Part shown: positions 60,797 to 64,000 of the stretch, in pieces
How the letters are laid out: each line of letters begins with the position of its first letter
How positions within the stretch are numbered: the first letter of the stretch is position 1
Assembly: GCF_036365525.1 (NCBI RefSeq)
Contig: NC_090382.1
Location: 27,934,219-27,998,218 of the forward strand
Length of the DNA stretch: 64,000 nucleotides
Source: Heterodontus francisci
Lineage: Eukaryota
Reading direction: 5' to 3'
Notes under the pieces: generated by a model
Told to the model about the DNA's origin: nothing
Database searches by the model: none
What the model saw: only the letters and a program-made list of their open reading frames with translations
Program-made: the position numbers and the translations under genes

Positions 60797-62020
60797 TCAT
60801 CAAGGCCTGTTTTTGGGCACGGTGTCACAATCTGTTCAGGCAGGCAGCATGCAGATTTTGTGATGCGTCCTCATCTAAATGATTCAGTGGGCAGCCCAGT
60901 GTGAAATGTGCTGCTGACGGGCTGCACACTGAAAATGGAGCCCAGCAGTGTGCGTGGCGAGCATATGTTTCAGCTAGCCTGCATGTCTTAGAGGTAGTCT
61001 GACTCTCTTAAAGAGGAGCTGCGCTCATCGTACAGAAGTTGCTGCTGACCCTGTGTAATATTTGGAAAGAAGTAAAAGCACAAAAAAATGGAATAACGGG
61101 CAAGAGTGAGGGCTCCCAGATTTTCTGATGCAATACTGGAGGCATTGGTCCAGAAGATGGAAAGGAGGAGAGGCACAATTTCTGCAGAGGGCCAGGAGAC
61201 AATCAGGCAAATCCTGAGAAGGGAATCAAGGGAATCAGAGCAGGTATCAAAGGAAGTCAATTCCCAGAGTCTTGAAAGCCTAGTAGCTGTGCCACAAGAA
61301 GTTAAGTGAACTCATACAGGTAGTTAGTGTCAGGGATTGCATCTTCACATAACAACATGTCTTATGAAGAAAGGTTGAGGGAGCTAGGGCTTTTCTTATT
61401 GGAGCGAAGAAGGATGAGAGGTGACTTGATAGAGGTGTACAAGATGATGAGAGGCATAGATAGAGTGGATAGCCAGAGACATTTTCCCAGGGAGGAAAGG
61501 GCTATCACCAGGGGGCATAATTTTAAGGTAATTGGAGGAAGGTTTAGGGGAGATGTCAGAGGTAGGTTCTTTACACAGAGAGTGTTGGGTGCATGGAATG
61601 CACTGCCAGTGGTGGTAGTAGAAGCAGATACATTAGGGACATTTAGGCGACTCTTGGATAGGTACATGAATGATAGTATAATGAAGGGCATGTCGGTAGT
61701 TTGATCTTAGAGTAGGTTAAAGGGTCGGCACAACATCGTGGGCCGAAGGGCATGTACTGTGCTGTACTGTTCTATGTTCTATGTTCTATCACCTACCCAC
61801 TCCTCCACAAATCTCTCATGCTACTCATTGCACCACACCTTGATCACTCACCCATCAGAAATCTCTAGCAGTCGGGATTCATGCATAACATTCAGATACT
61901 CCACGTACCAATGCTGCCAACCTCACACCCCACTCTTGCTGCTTCTGCATACCTCCAGCTATTGAGCGACAGCAGCCACAGCAGCCAAACACATTGCAAC
62001 ACAACCACCCTCTCATTCAT
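60797..62020 (+). mobile_element. Harbinger copy 4 fragment (subterminal region, Myb/SANT exon 1 and intron), same family as copy 1
   Basis: tcatcaaggcctgttttt... matches the reverse complement of 6060-6080; RAPRFSDAILEALVQKMERRR at 61106; 61790-62020 resembles the copy 1 intron. Confidence 0.75.
61352..61789 (+). mobile_element. Young CR1 3' end
   Basis: SYEERLRELGLF..RGDLIEVYK..FFTQRVLGAWNALP; (ttctatg)n tail. Confidence 0.92.
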
Positions 62021-62029
62021 AAGGTTTGT

Positions 62030-63755
62030 GAGCTGCAGGCACAAATCATCACATGGGACTATGATGTACAATAACAGATTAGGCTCAAAGAAGGGAAGGA
62101 TTAGAAACTTAATATTCCTGGCTGGAAGATATTCGGGAAAGTTAGGGAAGGGGGAAAAAGAGATGGGTGGCAGTATTGATCAAAGAAACTACCCATTTGG
62201 TTAACATAAAAAAAAATAGAGGATTAGAATAGGTAGGTGCTTGATGGCCAGCACAGACATGATGGGCCGAAGGGCCTGTTTCTGTGCTGTATGACTCTAT
62301 GCTCTATGAGGAGCTATTACGCTACTGAGTGTATACTATAGTGCACCACATAGTAAGACAGAGATACAGGAGAAGATTTACAGGTAAATTACAGATAAAT
62401 GCAAGAACTGCACAGTAAGGTTCAATTAACCTAATATTGACTGGACTATTAACAGTATAAAGGGCACAGAGAGGGAGGAATACCTTAAATGGGTATAACA
62501 TATCTTTCTTGATCAGTGTATTTCCAGCCCAATGAAAAAGAAAACAGTGCTGAATCTAGTTCTGGGGAATTAAGTGGGCAAATGGAGCATGTTTCAGTGA
62601 GGGAGTATTGAGGGAACAGAGTTCATAATATCATCAGGTTTTGAAAAGCTATGGAAAAGGAAATGGTGCAATCAAGCATAAAAATATTTGACTGGAAGAG
62701 GGCTTAGTTATGTGAGTTGAAAAGGGATCTGGACCAGGTTGATTGGAATCAAAAATTAATAGGCAAAACAGTATCTGAACAATGAAAGGCCTTCAAAGCG
62801 AAGATAGTTTGGATACAGAGTAGACACATTCTTATGAAGGGAAAAGGAAGGACATCACAAGATAGAGTTAAAAAGATAAAGTATGACTAAAAATATCGAA
62901 GTTAATATGAATCAGAAAAAGGAGGCTTATGGCAATTGTAAGGTTCATAATATAGTAGAGAACCAAGCTGAATATAGAAAGTATAGAGGAAATCTAAAAA
63001 GGGAATAAGATAGACAAAGTGAGGTGATGCGAATAGATAAGTGGTTAACATAAAACGGAACCAAAAAGTTATAAGTATATAAATAGTAAAAGAGTAAAGG
63101 AAGGGTTGGGCTGAATAGGAGCCAAAAAGAGGTCTTCTTATGGAGGCAGAGGGCACATTGAGGTACGAAATGAATACTTTGCATCCGTCTTCATGAGGGA
63201 AGCAAATGCAGCCAATATTGCAGTAAAGGTGGAGGCAGTAGCGATATTGGATAAGTAGATAAAGAGGAAGTACTTAAAAGGTTGACAATCCTTTAAGTAA
63301 TAAGGTCACCTGTCTGGATGGGATGCATCCTAGGTTACTGAGGGAAGTAAGGGGGGAAATGGCCCTGGGCACAATCCTCCAATCCTTGTTGGATATGGGG
63401 TTGGTACCAGATGCTGGAAGTTTGCAAGTATTAGACCCTTGTTTACAAAACGGGGAAAGGGATAAAGCTGGCAACTAAAGACCAGTCAGCCTAACATCAG
63501 TCATGGAAAAATTTGAGACTATAATCTGAGACAAAATTAATTGGCATTTGTAAAAATATGGGCTAATAAATGAAAGTCAGCACAAATATGTTAAAGGCAA
63601 ATCATGTTTGACTAACTTGACTGAGTTATATGTTAAAGTAATGAAGGGGACTGATGAGGTTAAAGCAATTGATGTCAAGCATCAGCAGTTTCAAAGATAT
63701 TTGACAAAGTAACACGCAATAGACTTGTTAGCAAAATTAAAGGAACAGTAGCAGC
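62030..63755 (+). mobile_element. Degenerate CR1 ORF2 fragment(s)
   Basis: LVLGN, KRDLDQVDW, KGKSCLTNL, FDKV motifs across frameshifts. Confidence 0.75.
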
Positions 63756-64000
63756 ATTCTAAGTTAATATCATTCAAACATAGAATATGTACAAACTCAA
63801 GGAACAACAAAGGAGAAACGTTATACAAGACAAACAGCAACAAGTTAAAAAAAAAGTTACTTTTCAGCTGACAGGTGCAGCAGCTTTCGAAATGCTTGTC
63901 GCTTGATAATCAAGATGAACAGCTAAAAGTGTGAATACATGACTATTACTTCCGTTCAGTCCTTGTAAACTGAAGATGATTGCTCTATTTGTGAAGATGG

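Overview
This is eukaryotic, repeat-dominated vertebrate DNA, most likely from a cartilaginous fish (shark-like). That host is inferred from HE1/V-SINE-like SINEs, a DeuSINE/SacSINE-like SINE and abundant HER1/CR1 LINEs. Almost all ORFs in the track are transposon debris. The only host-gene sequence I can support is three phase-1 Ig-domain exons of a Siglec/CD22/MAG-like receptor on the + strand (47217-53050), followed by a decayed duplicate exon; its leader, TM and tail exons were not found. The main element is a minus-strand endogenous retrovirus-like provirus (31822-42327). It has paired TG..CA LTRs, a GGAG target-site duplication (TSD), a tRNA-Lys PBS, a PPT, a deleted pol, and an env resembling pneumo/paramyxovirus class I fusion (F) proteins, i.e. 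lokiretrovirus-like. It sits inside a near full-length CR1 and itself carries a LINE with a tRNA-like (Pol III) head, whose 5' and 3' ends are shared with a SINE at 15101-15468. The window also holds four degenerate PIF/Harbinger transposon copies (HARBI1-type transposase and/or a spliced Myb/SANT gene), Harbinger MITEs, three solo-LTR-like elements, Penelope-like fragments with hammerhead-like cores and a hairpin, and many CR1/L2 fragments. All comparisons were made by eye without tools, and many boundaries are approximate.
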